From the sequence record SRR31156797_21211: a stretch of DNA of 39,371 bases; one strand, 5' to 3'. The notes under the pieces were generated by a model. The model made no database searches. It saw nothing but the letters and a program-made list of their open reading frames with translations, and had not been told where the DNA came from. Below, piece after piece: positions 21,170 to 32,802 of the stretch. A program made the translations under genes and the position numbers. Position 1 is the stretch's first letter, and every line of letters starts with the position of its first letter.

Positions 21170-21868
21170 ATGACAAAATACAAAGAGATCGTTGATCAGT
21201 TGCGGACGAACATTTATGAAGGTGTTTTTCCAGCTTTATCAAAATTACCGGAACAAACTGCGTTAGCCAAACGATTTCAAACCTCGCGAATGACGATCCA
21301 AAAAGCGCTAAATCAACTGAAGCAAGAAGGCCTGATTTCCACCAAAAGAGGTCATGGCACCTATGTCAATTCAGCAACCTACCAAGGACAGATCAATGAG
21401 TATATCGGTTTAGTCAACCGATATGGCGGGCGGCATAAAGTGCAAAGTAAAATCATTAGTTTCAATGTTCGCTTCCCAGAAGCCAACGAAATGGATTACT
21501 TGTCCTTGCGAGAAAACGAACCTGTTTATGATATCGTAAGACTGCGCTATGTTGATAACGAACCCTTTGAATTAGAGTACACGATCATGCCCATCAAAAC
21601 CATTCCCGATATTGATATGGCGATCCTTGAACACTCGATCTATCGATATATCACTGATTCCTTACACCTCAAAATAGGTCCCGCCATACGTAAAATCCGT
21701 GCCGACAAAGCAGATTCCTATGATATCAAATATTTAGAAGTCGATCCCAATGATCCGATCTTAGAATTAGAACAAGTTGCTCGTCTCTCCGACGGGCGGC
21801 CCTTCGAATTTTCGCAAACTCGTTATCCTTACCAAAATCGTGAGATTTACTATCTTTCTGAACCTTAA
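21170..21868 (+). CDS. GntR family regulator (HutC/UTRA subfamily)
   Basis: LPEQTALAKRFQTSRMTIQKAL...RGHGTYV plus UTRA-like C-terminus; AAGGAG RBS. Confidence 0.92.
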   Translation: MTKYKEIVDQLRTNIYEGVFPALSKLPEQTALAKRFQTSRMTIQKALNQLKQEGLISTKRGHGTYVNSATYQGQINEYIGLVNRYGGRHKVQSKIISFNVRFPEANEMDYLSLRENEPVYDIVRLRYVDNEPFELEYTIMPIKTIPDIDMAILEHSIYRYITDSLHLKIGPAIRKIRADKADSYDIKYLEVDPNDPILELEQVARLSDGRPFEFSQTRYPYQNREIYYLSEP

Positions 21869-21872
21869 TGGC

Positions 21873-21909
21873 AAAAAAACAAGCCTGAAGAAAACTCAGA
21901 CTTGTTTTT
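21873..21909. terminator. Bidirectional terminator
   Basis: AAAACAAG.CTGA...TCAG.CTTGTTTT. Confidence 0.7.
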
Positions 21910-21932
21910 ATTGTCTAGGAAAGGTGAACTCG

Positions 21933-23252
21933 TTAAGATTCTTCGGTTTTTTTCGCCGTTCGCTCGGGACTGACCCAAACGCCGCTACCGTAGCCAAGGA
22001 TGGTTTTGACGGCTGGAATAAAGGTAGTGACGATCGTTATGGCATTAATCATCCAGTAAAACAGCATGTAAAAAGGGGCAAAGCGGAAATACTTCAGCTT
22101 GCTGCGGTTGTCATCCGCCAAAAGGCTGGTAAATAGCTGCATGACCCCTGCAATCATCTCAAAACACACGAAGAGAAAGGCCATCGTAAACATATGGTAG
22201 ATCCGCTCGTAATTCCCAGTTGCCCCATAATAAATCAGATAAAAAACAAACAAAGCCGAAGACAACCAGAAAAAGAATGACCAGATAATACTTAAGGACT
22301 GATCCACAAACATGGCGGTTCGTCCGATATTTTCAAAAGGGTGTAAGAAAACTTTTTTAAAATTGGTCAACCACACTTCCGTCCCGCCTTTCGCCCAACG
22401 TTTCCGTTGCCGATAGAGCATCTTGAGGGTTTCTGGTACCTCCATGAAAAACATCACTCGTGACGCAAATAAGGACAACCAACCATGGAATTGATGGTCC
22501 CAGGCAATACTGATATCTTCCGTGGCACGATTTTGTCGAAAAAGACCAACATCCATCAATGCAGCTCTACGATACATCGTGTTGGCACCGCTATAGGCAT
22601 AGATGACGCCGAAAACGGCTTGCTGGGTTCGTTTGATAATTCCTACGATACTTGAAAACTCAACAGTTTGTGACTTTCCGACGATGGTTGTGCGATTTTG
22701 AACGTCCATATTCGCCGTAATAGCAGAGATATTGATGGAATCTTGGCGGATGAAATAATTGACATATTTCCACAATGCATCAGGTTCAGGGACCGTATCT
22801 GCGTCGTTGCTCAAAATCAATTCCCCTTTAGCAAACCCTACACCAATATTAAAAGCATGGGCTTTCCCTTGGTTTTTTTCGATGCGCAAAACCCTTAGAT
22901 TCGGGTACTGTTCCATCAATCGATCTAGTATCACAGGAGTTTGATCCGTTGAGCCATCATCCGTCACCAACACCTCATAGTTGCTGTAGTTTAGATTGTT
23001 CATTAAGTAATGAATCGTGTCTTCAATTACGACTTCTTCATTGTGAGCCGGTACCATAATGGTGATCATCGGCTCGATCTCTTCGGGGATTGGTATCCAC
23101 TCTAATTGACGATAGCGGAACAAAAAACGATTGCAGATCACCCCGATGAACCAAGCAAAACCTCCTAATATCGGATACGTGAACAGAATCATTAAAACGA
23201 CCGTTAAAAATGTATCCAACCACGGAAACCCAGTATCAAAATTGACAACCAT
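21933..23252 (-). CDS. Processive GT2 membrane glycosyltransferase, PgaC/IcaA-like
   Basis: PAHNEE, DDGSTD, GKA, DAD, TED and QRKRWAKGG (D,D,D,QxxRW); N- and C-terminal TM helices. Confidence 0.85.
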   Translation of the reverse strand: MVVNFDTGFPWLDTFLTVVLMILFTYPILGGFAWFIGVICNRFLFRYRQLEWIPIPEEIEPMITIMVPAHNEEVVIEDTIHYLMNNLNYSNYEVLVTDDGSTDQTPVILDRLMEQYPNLRVLRIEKNQGKAHAFNIGVGFAKGELILSNDADTVPEPDALWKYVNYFIRQDSINISAITANMDVQNRTTIVGKSQTVEFSSIVGIIKRTQQAVFGVIYAYSGANTMYRRAALMDVGLFRQNRATEDISIAWDHQFHGWLSLFASRVMFFMEVPETLKMLYRQRKRWAKGGTEVWLTNFKKVFLHPFENIGRTAMFVDQSLSIIWSFFFWLSSALFVFYLIYYGATGNYERIYHMFTMAFLFVCFEMIAGVMQLFTSLLADDNRSKLKYFRFAPFYMLFYWMINAITIVTTFIPAVKTILGYGSGVWVSPERTAKKTEES

Positions 23253-23758
23253 CAGCCCACCCCATTTCTACGGAAAAGTTCTTGGATCTCCGTTTCTCCA
23301 ATGTTTTGCTCAGGAGCAACGGCATAGTACTTGGCAGCGTGACGCTCTTCTTTGGTTCCGAAGCGTTCTTCGTAAAAAGCTTCTAATACTTCTTTACGTT
23401 TTTCTAAGGCAACTTCGTCATGCATCGATTGCTTTTGCAACAATCGTTTGAAGCGGCGGTTGTTCCTCAAGGTCAATAAAGTAAACGTCAGAACCAAGAC
23501 CAAAAACGAAATTCCTAAGAACAACGCCAAAAAATCAAAAGTCACTGCTTCTTCAAGATATGTCCGAAAGGCGATCCGATCCGCCAGATTCGGTAAAGTC
23601 AGCGGGATGGCCAGCCAGACAAAAGGAACCAAGACCATCAGCCAAGCAAGAATCGTCAAAATCGTTTGGCGGGTCTTCAAAGCAGAACGACCTTTTTGAA
23701 AATACGCATCGGTGACCAACCGTTCTTTGACTTCTTCCCGTGTCACTCGTTGTTTCAT
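23252..23758 (-). CDS. Small two-TM membrane protein, probable PgaD/IcaD-like partner
   Basis: Two TM segments followed by RNNRRF; stop overlaps the GT start (TGATG); AAGGAG RBS before ATG 23758. Confidence 0.65.
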   Translation of the reverse strand: MKQRVTREEVKERLVTDAYFQKGRSALKTRQTILTILAWLMVLVPFVWLAIPLTLPNLADRIAFRTYLEEAVTFDFLALFLGISFLVLVLTFTLLTLRNNRRFKRLLQKQSMHDEVALEKRKEVLEAFYEERFGTKEERHAAKYYAVAPEQNIGETEIQELFRRNGVG

Positions 23759-23796
23759 TTTACTCACTCCTTAAAAAGTATTTTTTTGCTGTGAAG

Positions 23797-23853
23797 AAAA
23801 AGAAGCAACAAAAGCAAGTCGTCTTTTGATGGACCTGCTTCGTTCTTCTTTTT
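23797..23853. terminator. Hairpin/terminator between the DUF697-like gene and the pgaD-like gene
   Basis: AAAAGAAG..AAGCAAGTC..GAC.TGCTTC.TTCTTCTTTT. Confidence 0.55.
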
Positions 23854-23856
23854 GAC

Positions 23857-24570
23857 CTACTTGGATTTCTTGCCAACTTTCAACGCATTGAACAGCGTGT
23901 GAAATTGGCCTTTAAAGGACATCACTTGCTCAAACACATCTTCCCCATCATTCAGCATCTTGACAGTCACCCAGCCTAATGCTTCGGTAATACCGCTAGC
24001 CACACTGGCATTGATTGCAGCTCCAGCAACGGTGCCGACTGCTGGGACAAATTTCAAGATATTGCCAACGGCACTGCGACCAAAACTCACAACGACTAGC
24101 TCTTTCGAGATACTTTTCGCTAACCCTTCACGCCATGTTCGCCCAAAAATACGATACAAACGGGCCATCATTGTCATCTGAACTGGCACAAGTAACACTG
24201 CATCTGAAAAGGGAATCGGTGAACAGCCGATGATCGCCGCCGTCAAAGAAGCCGCATGGATCGTGCGGTGGGCTTTTTTTCGTGTTTCATCATCTACGCC
24301 AACCAAAAACTCCTCAAACACCTGATCAAATTGATCCTTGCTTTTCGCTAACACTTTTTCCGCTTGGGCTTTTGATCCGTCATAACCTTTCATCACAAGG
24401 GCAGCCGATTTTTTCGGCATTCGCATCATGACATCCGCAAAAAAAGAAGTAAACTCCGCTTCTTCTTGCAGCTCCTCTCCCGTTTGACTTTGCTCGACTT
24501 GAACGGACTGTTCCGTTAATAATTCATTTTCGTTTTGTTTCTTTTTGCGTTTTATCCATGGTTTTTTCAA
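23857..24570 (-). CDS. DUF697/YcjF-like domain protein
   Basis: AAIIGCSPIPFSDAVLLVPVQMTM and LKFVPAVGTVAGAAINASVA motifs; TTG start after AAGGAG. Confidence 0.75.
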   Translation of the reverse strand: MKKPWIKRKKKQNENELLTEQSVQVEQSQTGEELQEEAEFTSFFADVMMRMPKKSAALVMKGYDGSKAQAEKVLAKSKDQFDQVFEEFLVGVDDETRKKAHRTIHAASLTAAIIGCSPIPFSDAVLLVPVQMTMMARLYRIFGRTWREGLAKSISKELVVVSFGRSAVGNILKFVPAVGTVAGAAINASVASGITEALGWVTVKMLNDGEDVFEQVMSFKGQFHTLFNALKVGKKSK

Positions 24571-24784
24571 AGAAATGTCTCCTTCTTTCGACTCGTTGTT
24601 CATTAAAAAAATCAAAGTGAGCCATGATTTTGTTCCTCTTTCTATTTTAGCTCAGGTTTTTCAAGATAGCGAAAATGTAGCTTGAGAGAGCTTACACTTG
24701 CTTAAAAATGCAAATTTGCATCTTTAGATTATTTATTTATATTATCGTTTTTTTATGCTATGATACCCAAAAGGAGTGGATCGA

Positions 24785-24901
24785 ATGAAAAAGAAATTGA
24801 ATTGGAAAGTCCTTTTTTATCTAGGCTTATTGACTTACTTTCTTTTAAGCGGGATCTTCGCATTCTTTGGCGTCGAAATACCGTTTCTTTATAAACGTTG
24901 A
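24785..24901 (+). CDS. Small single-TM membrane peptide, 38 aa (not in the ORF track)
   Basis: MKKKLNWKVLFYLGLLTYFLLSGIFAFFGVEIPFLYKR; AAGGAG RBS; TGcTATGAT extended -10 at 24756-24764. Confidence 0.72.
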   Translation: MKKKLNWKVLFYLGLLTYFLLSGIFAFFGVEIPFLYKR

Positions 24902-25003
24902 TCTTCACGTTTTCTCAGAACCATATCATTCAACCCTTTGCTCTATGTTGAGAGAATCTATCATTCTATCGTCCATTCAATCTAATCAGAAAAGGTGATT
25001 TTC

Positions 25004-25201
25004 TTGTCCATTTTATTTGATCTATTGCAGCTGCTTGCCGTTATCTGTATCGCGTATTTATTATTCACAAAAAACCATTTCCTCAAACAATTAACAGATG
25101 TTCAGAAAATGGTCTTTGTCGTCTTATGTGTTTCGGTGATACTGCCGGTTCTCTACGAATTTATTACTGGTTTTGCGCAGGGATTTTGGGAACGGTTGTG
25201 A
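25004..25201 (+). CDS. Small two-TM membrane protein, ~65 aa
   Basis: Two hydrophobic helices; AAGGTG RBS before TTG 25004. Confidence 0.6.
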   Translation: MSILFDLLQLLAVICIAYLLFTKNHFLKQLTDVQKMVFVVLCVSVILPVLYEFITGFAQGFWERL

Positions 25202-25365
25202 TTGACGTTCCTTACAAAACTCGCTGCCTTTACAAGACAAATAGATAGCTCATACCTACCAATCCTTTCTCCTTTGATTCAAGCAATGAACCAATTCTTT
25301 GGTGCTTAGAATACTAAGAAGAAAGGTTTTTTCTTTTTCTGTGTTGAAGTATTTTTTGATCGCAC

Positions 25366-25397
25366 AAAAAAAGAACCCCTCAAAAGAGGAGTTCTCA
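25366..25397 (-). terminator. groEL terminator
   Basis: Minus strand GAGAACTCCTC-TTTT-GAGGGGTTCTTTTTTT. Confidence 0.85.
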
Positions 25398-25405
25398 AGG
25401 CTTGC

Positions 25406-27046
<1,641 letters not shown>

Positions 27047-27066
27047 TCAAGTATTTTTTATTTTTC

Positions 27067-27351
27067 TTATTCTACTACTGCAATGATATCTTTTGCAGCA
27101 ACGATCAAATATTCTGTTCCTTCATATTTCACTTCTGTGCCAGCGTATTTTTCAAACATTACTTGTTCGCCAACGTTGACAGCAACAGGAGCTTTTTCAC
27201 CGTTTTCGAGCGTGCGTCCTTCGCCGACTGCAATAACGGTACCCGTTTGTGGTTTTTCTTTTGCTGCTGATGCAAGCACGATTCCGCCTACAGTTTTTTC
27301 TTCTTCTTTTGCGACTTCGATAATCACACGATCACCTAATGGTCTTAACAC
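27067..27351 (-). CDS. groS: Co-chaperonin GroES
   Basis: LRPLGDRV...GGIVL...KYAGTEV; GTG start at 27351 after GGAGG. Confidence 0.98.
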   Translation of the reverse strand: MLRPLGDRVIIEVAKEEEKTVGGIVLASAAKEKPQTGTVIAVGEGRTLENGEKAPVAVNVGEQVMFEKYAGTEVKYEGTEYLIVAAKDIIAVVE

Positions 27352-27387
27352 GATAAATCCCTCCAATGAATGTTATAGAATTTAGTA

Positions 27388-27414
27388 TTAGCACTCTCTT
27401 GTATCGAGTGCTAA
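27388..27414. promoter_or_regulatory. CIRCE element (HrcA operator)
   Basis: Perfect TTAGCACTC-N9-GAGTGCTAA; promoter TTGCAA-17bp-TAATAT at 27455-27427 on minus. Confidence 0.98.
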
Positions 27415-27568
27415 CTTACAGTTTCAATATTACTCATTTTCCCAAATTTTTGCAAGCCTTTTGCTAAATTTTTTTTGCATTTCTATTTGATTGATAAAAA
27501 TAGTAGGATTTTTTGTTTCTAGAAGCAACCTAGTCTATAATGAAGCAAAGGAGTGTGAGGAAACAACT

Positions 27569-28213
27569 ATGTCTTTATCAAAATATTCTTTGTCCACGAT
27601 TCTTACTTACGGCATCGTCTTTTTTCTACCGATCGCCTTCATCCCTAGCGGACATCAAGTGGCCGCAACAACGATTGGTTATTTAGTTGGTGCTGCGATC
27701 ATGTTTTTCTTGTATTTCAAACAAACGGAACCGTTATCGTTTGAACACAAAAGATCAAAAATTTCATCGATTCTTATTTATGGACTGACAGGTATTATTG
27801 CAGCGATCTTGTTGCAAAATCTAGCCATTTTTATCGAATCGCTTTTCGGTGAAGTCAGTGCTTCGCAAAATACCGAAAATATCATTGCTATTGTGCTGCA
27901 AAACCCACTGTTCGCCCTCGCGGCAATGGTTGGTGGACCAATTATGGAAGAATTTGTCTTCCGCAGAGCCTTAGTTGGCATCATTGGGAAATACAGCAAT
28001 GTTTGGGTCGGTGTAGTGGTCAGCGCTGTAGCCTTTGCCTTTGCCCATAATGACAATCATCTCTTAGTCTATATTTTCTTAGGACTGTTCTTTTCTGGGC
28101 TTTATGCCTTGACCGGCAGCATTTGGACTTCCATGATTACCCATGTGGGAATGAACACTTTAGTTATTATTATTCAGTTGTTGCTTCATTACGGCTATAT
28201 CCAAATGCCCTAA
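27569..28213 (+). CDS. CPBP/CAAX (Abi) intramembrane glutamic endopeptidase, YdiL-like
   Basis: PIMEEFVFR, FAFAH, HVGMN motifs; divergent from groES; ATG 27569 with RBS. Confidence 0.9.
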   Translation: MSLSKYSLSTILTYGIVFFLPIAFIPSGHQVAATTIGYLVGAAIMFFLYFKQTEPLSFEHKRSKISSILIYGLTGIIAAILLQNLAIFIESLFGEVSASQNTENIIAIVLQNPLFALAAMVGGPIMEEFVFRRALVGIIGKYSNVWVGVVVSAVAFAFAHNDNHLLVYIFLGLFFSGLYALTGSIWTSMITHVGMNTLVIIIQLLLHYGYIQMP

Positions 28214-28256
28214 AGAAAAAAACGCTACGCAGAAATTTTGCGTAACGTTTTTTTCT
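28214..28256. terminator. Bidirectional terminator
   Basis: AGAAAAAAACG.TACGCA...TGCGTA.CGTTTTTTTCT. Confidence 0.8.
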
Positions 28257-29693
<1,437 letters not shown>

Positions 29694-29712
29694 TCAACCT
29701 GCTTCCTTGGTA

Positions 29713-31005
29713 TTAAACGATCTCTGTTTCTTGTTTATAGTTCAAACTATCGACCTTACGAATGAAAGGATAGTAAATAAAGAAGCCGATTGCTAAAACA
29801 ACAAATTGTAAAATAGCGGTCCGGATGCCCCCTACTAGAAATCCTGAAATGATCGGTGGGGTCGTCCACGGAACTTGCACAGCAGTAAATAACGGTACGA
29901 TACCGGTATAAAGTGCAAAATACGTGATCACGCCTGAAACCATCGGTGTCAAAATAAATGGTAATACCATGATCGGATTCATGACGATCGGTGTCGCAAA
30001 AATAATTGGTTCATTGATATTAAAGAATGCTGGGATCAAGGAGAGACGTCCTAATTGTTTGAACTGCGCTGAACGGGCAAAAGCCACCATATATAGCACG
30101 ATGCCAATCGTCATTCCTGCGCCAGTTACCGTCATAAATTGATCTAAAAACTGTTGGGTCACGATGTGTCCCCCATTTTCCAATGTCAATGCTTTACCAG
30201 ATTCAAGAATAGCCGTATTTGCTAATGAATTGGCTTGTAAAATCGGCCCCATGATGCCGCCCACGATCGTCGAACCATGAACCCCGAAGAACCACAAGAA
30301 TGGTACTAAGAAGCCTAGCATCATTGCACCGCCAAGAGAATCCGTCACACCTTGCATCGGACTTTGAATCACGGTGTAGATCCATTCGACCACGGTTGTC
30401 TGAAAGACTTTATCAAAGAAAACATAAATGCCTAATGCGATGGTCGTCAAAACAGCTGCCGGAATCAACGCTGTAAATGAGTTTGCAACATTGGTCGGTA
30501 CTTGTTCTGGCAGTTTGATCCGGATGTCGCGTTTTAAGAACCAAGTATAGCCCCAACCCACAAAAAGCCCTACTAAGATGGCACTGATCATGCCTTGTCC
30601 ACCAGTCCATGTTTTATCAATGACATTTGCGATGGTCACATTTGCTTCAGCATCCGTTACACTTGACTCCATAGTTAATAAGAAAATAACTAAACCAATC
30701 ATTCCTGCAGGGAGTCCTTCGTAACCTTCTGCTTTTACATACGAATAGGCGATACCCATTACGGCGAAAAAAGCCATAATTGCAAAAGAGGCGCCATAGG
30801 CTTGGTTGAAGTATTCACCTAAGCCACTATTCGTTACCCAATCCGCAATCGACTGGACGGGAAAGTTTGCTAATAGCAGGAAAATCGATCCTACGATTGA
30901 AAAGGGCATCGTATAAAGCATACCGTTTCTTAATGCAGTGATTGCTTTCGTATTAACAAATTTTAATATTGGGGGTAATAATTTCTCATTGATCCATTCG
31001 TTCAT
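29713..31005 (-). CDS. PTS cellobiose-family EIIC (CelB-like)
   Basis: ALRNGM, WFFGVHG, FFNINEPIIF, VPWTTPPII. Confidence 0.93.
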   Translation of the reverse strand: MNEWINEKLLPPILKFVNTKAITALRNGMLYTMPFSIVGSIFLLLANFPVQSIADWVTNSGLGEYFNQAYGASFAIMAFFAVMGIAYSYVKAEGYEGLPAGMIGLVIFLLTMESSVTDAEANVTIANVIDKTWTGGQGMISAILVGLFVGWGYTWFLKRDIRIKLPEQVPTNVANSFTALIPAAVLTTIALGIYVFFDKVFQTTVVEWIYTVIQSPMQGVTDSLGGAMMLGFLVPFLWFFGVHGSTIVGGIMGPILQANSLANTAILESGKALTLENGGHIVTQQFLDQFMTVTGAGMTIGIVLYMVAFARSAQFKQLGRLSLIPAFFNINEPIIFATPIVMNPIMVLPFILTPMVSGVITYFALYTGIVPLFTAVQVPWTTPPIISGFLVGGIRTAILQFVVLAIGFFIYYPFIRKVDSLNYKQETEIV

Positions 31006-31045
31006 CTCACATCACTCCTAAAATAAAATTCCATCCACCGGCCAG

Positions 31046-31059
31046 TGAATTCGCTTACA
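31046..31059 (-). promoter_or_regulatory. cre site (CcpA)
   Basis: TGTAAGCGAATTCA on minus, in the EIIC leader. Confidence 0.65.
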
Positions 31060-31109
31060 AATAAATCTTAATGGATAATATTCCCCTTGCCTATAGCTTT
31101 TCTAAGTTA

Positions 31110-31123
31110 TGAAACATGTTCCA
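31110..31123. promoter_or_regulatory. Palindrome TGAAACATGTTCCA, candidate RpiR operator
   Basis: Near-perfect dyad upstream of the EIIC-GH1 operon, next to its RpiR gene. Confidence 0.4.
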
Positions 31124-31126
31124 ACA

Positions 31127-31152
31127 AAAAAAACAGCCGAAGCTGTTTTTTT
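31127..31152. terminator. Terminator after the RpiR gene
   Basis: AAAAAAACAGC-CGAA-GCTGTTTTTTT. Confidence 0.8.
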
Positions 31153-31160
31153 ACGATCGC

Positions 31161-31898
31161 TTAGATTTGCTTGTAGACTTGATGGGCTAAAAGTTCGATC
31201 AGTGTAATCACCGGGACTTGCGTTGTCAGGTTCAAATCGACTTCTTTTCCGCCACTTACGACGGGCATATAATACGATATATTGTAGTCTGCCATTTGGG
31301 CGATCGTCGATTTTTCATCATTGGTGATGCTGAGTACTTTTGCTCCATAGCGTTTGAAGTCTTCCGTTTGCTTGATCATTTGAATGGTTTCACCCGACAC
31401 CGATAAAATGATTGCTAACGTATTTTCCATTCCACGAGACGGTACTGGCAAAAAGGGATCAACGATGCTATAAGCATTAATGCCTAAGTTGGCAAAATAG
31501 CGACTGCCATAGGTGCCCAGAATGCCGCTTGTGCCGATACCGGAAAACGCCACATGGCGTGCGGAAAGAATCAATTCTACTGCCGGCTGGATAAACTTAC
31601 GGTAATCTTCATTATTGACTTTTTTTAAGAATGTATTGACTTGAATCGTTGCATCATAGAAAAGATCAAACGCTCGTGCGTCTTGTTCCTTTTTTTGACA
31701 GATTGCATACTTTAACTCTGAATATCCTCGATAGCCCAATTTCGTGATACATCGTAAAATCGTCGACGTTGAGACGTGGCATGCAGCTGACAATTCGCGA
31801 ATCGTCAGCTGATCGATCTCTTCAAAATGCTGGACAATGTATTTATAAACTGCCATTTCAAGCTCGTTCAAAGTCTTGATTTTTTCTTCATCAAACAT
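31161..31898 (-). CDS. RpiR/MurR family transcriptional regulator
   Basis: LTIRELSAACHVSTSTILR; SIS motifs GIGTSG and SVSGET; GGAGG RBS before ATG 31898. Confidence 0.92.
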   Translation of the reverse strand: MFDEEKIKTLNELEMAVYKYIVQHFEEIDQLTIRELSAACHVSTSTILRCITKLGYRGYSELKYAICQKKEQDARAFDLFYDATIQVNTFLKKVNNEDYRKFIQPAVELILSARHVAFSGIGTSGILGTYGSRYFANLGINAYSIVDPFLPVPSRGMENTLAIILSVSGETIQMIKQTEDFKRYGAKVLSITNDEKSTIAQMADYNISYYMPVVSGGKEVDLNLTTQVPVITLIELLAHQVYKQI

Positions 31899-31940
31899 CC
31901 CACTGCCTCCACCCAACAAATTCATCGCTCTGATGATCGA

Positions 31941-32747
31941 TTAGATCGCAAATAATTCCGTCGCTTTGTCAGGATCGGTATCATAGACTTCAAACGTTTC
32001 TCCAACACCTAGATCATGTTCTTTCATGGTGTTGACCATCGTTAAGTGCGCCAACTCTTTCAGGTTGTTTTCTTTACTTAAATGACCAAGATAGACCCGT
32101 TTGGTGTTGTCGGTCAAGATATCCGTCATGACAAGTGCGCCATCTTCATTCGATAAGTGACCGCGATCTCCAAGAATCCGCTGCTTGAGACTCCATGGAT
32201 AAGGACCCATTCGCAACATTTCTAGGTCATGGTTGCTTTCTACAAGGTATGCATCGGCGCCTTTGATGATGCCTCGCACATGATCGCTGCAATAACCGGT
32301 ATCCGTCAACATCACGAATGATTTGCCGTCTTTATGGAAACGATAAAATTGCGGTGCTGCAGCATCGTGAGAGACGCCAAAGCTTTCAATGTCCAAGTCA
32401 CCCAAGGTCAGCACTTTTCCCATTTCAAAGATATGTTTTTGCTCGACAGCGACGTTACCGATCATTGGATCCATCGCTTGCCATGTTTTTGTATTCGCAT
32501 AGACATCAAGTTTGTATTTTCGTGCCAGTACTCCAACACCGTGGATGTGGTCCCGATGTTCGTGGGTCACAAGAATGGCATCCAAGTCTTCTGGTTTGCG
32601 CCCTACTTCATCCAATAATGAAGTGATCTTCTTGCCGCTCAAACCGGCATCCACTAAGATCCGCTTTTTATTGCTTTCGATATAGAGCGAATTCCCTGAG
32701 CTTCCGCTGGCTAGAATACTTACTTGAAAGGCATTTTCCTTCATCAT
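31941..32747 (-). CDS. walJ: Metallo-beta-lactamase-fold hydrolase WalJ/YycJ
   Basis: ASGSSGNS, THEHRDH, HLSN, HLSKENN; follows yycI. Confidence 0.95.
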   Translation of the reverse strand: MMKENAFQVSILASGSSGNSLYIESNKKRILVDAGLSGKKITSLLDEVGRKPEDLDAILVTHEHRDHIHGVGVLARKYKLDVYANTKTWQAMDPMIGNVAVEQKHIFEMGKVLTLGDLDIESFGVSHDAAAPQFYRFHKDGKSFVMLTDTGYCSDHVRGIIKGADAYLVESNHDLEMLRMGPYPWSLKQRILGDRGHLSNEDGALVMTDILTDNTKRVYLGHLSKENNLKELAHLTMVNTMKEHDLGVGETFEVYDTDPDKATELFAI

Positions 32748-32802
32748 GGTTTACGTGACTTCCTCTCTGGTTGTTTCAACGAGTTCCATTATACCCGCTT
32801 TT

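Noticed and set aside
27415..27560. CtsR heptad repeats upstream of groES
   Set aside because: No GGTCAAA-N3-GGTCAAA-like repeat found; only CIRCE is supported.
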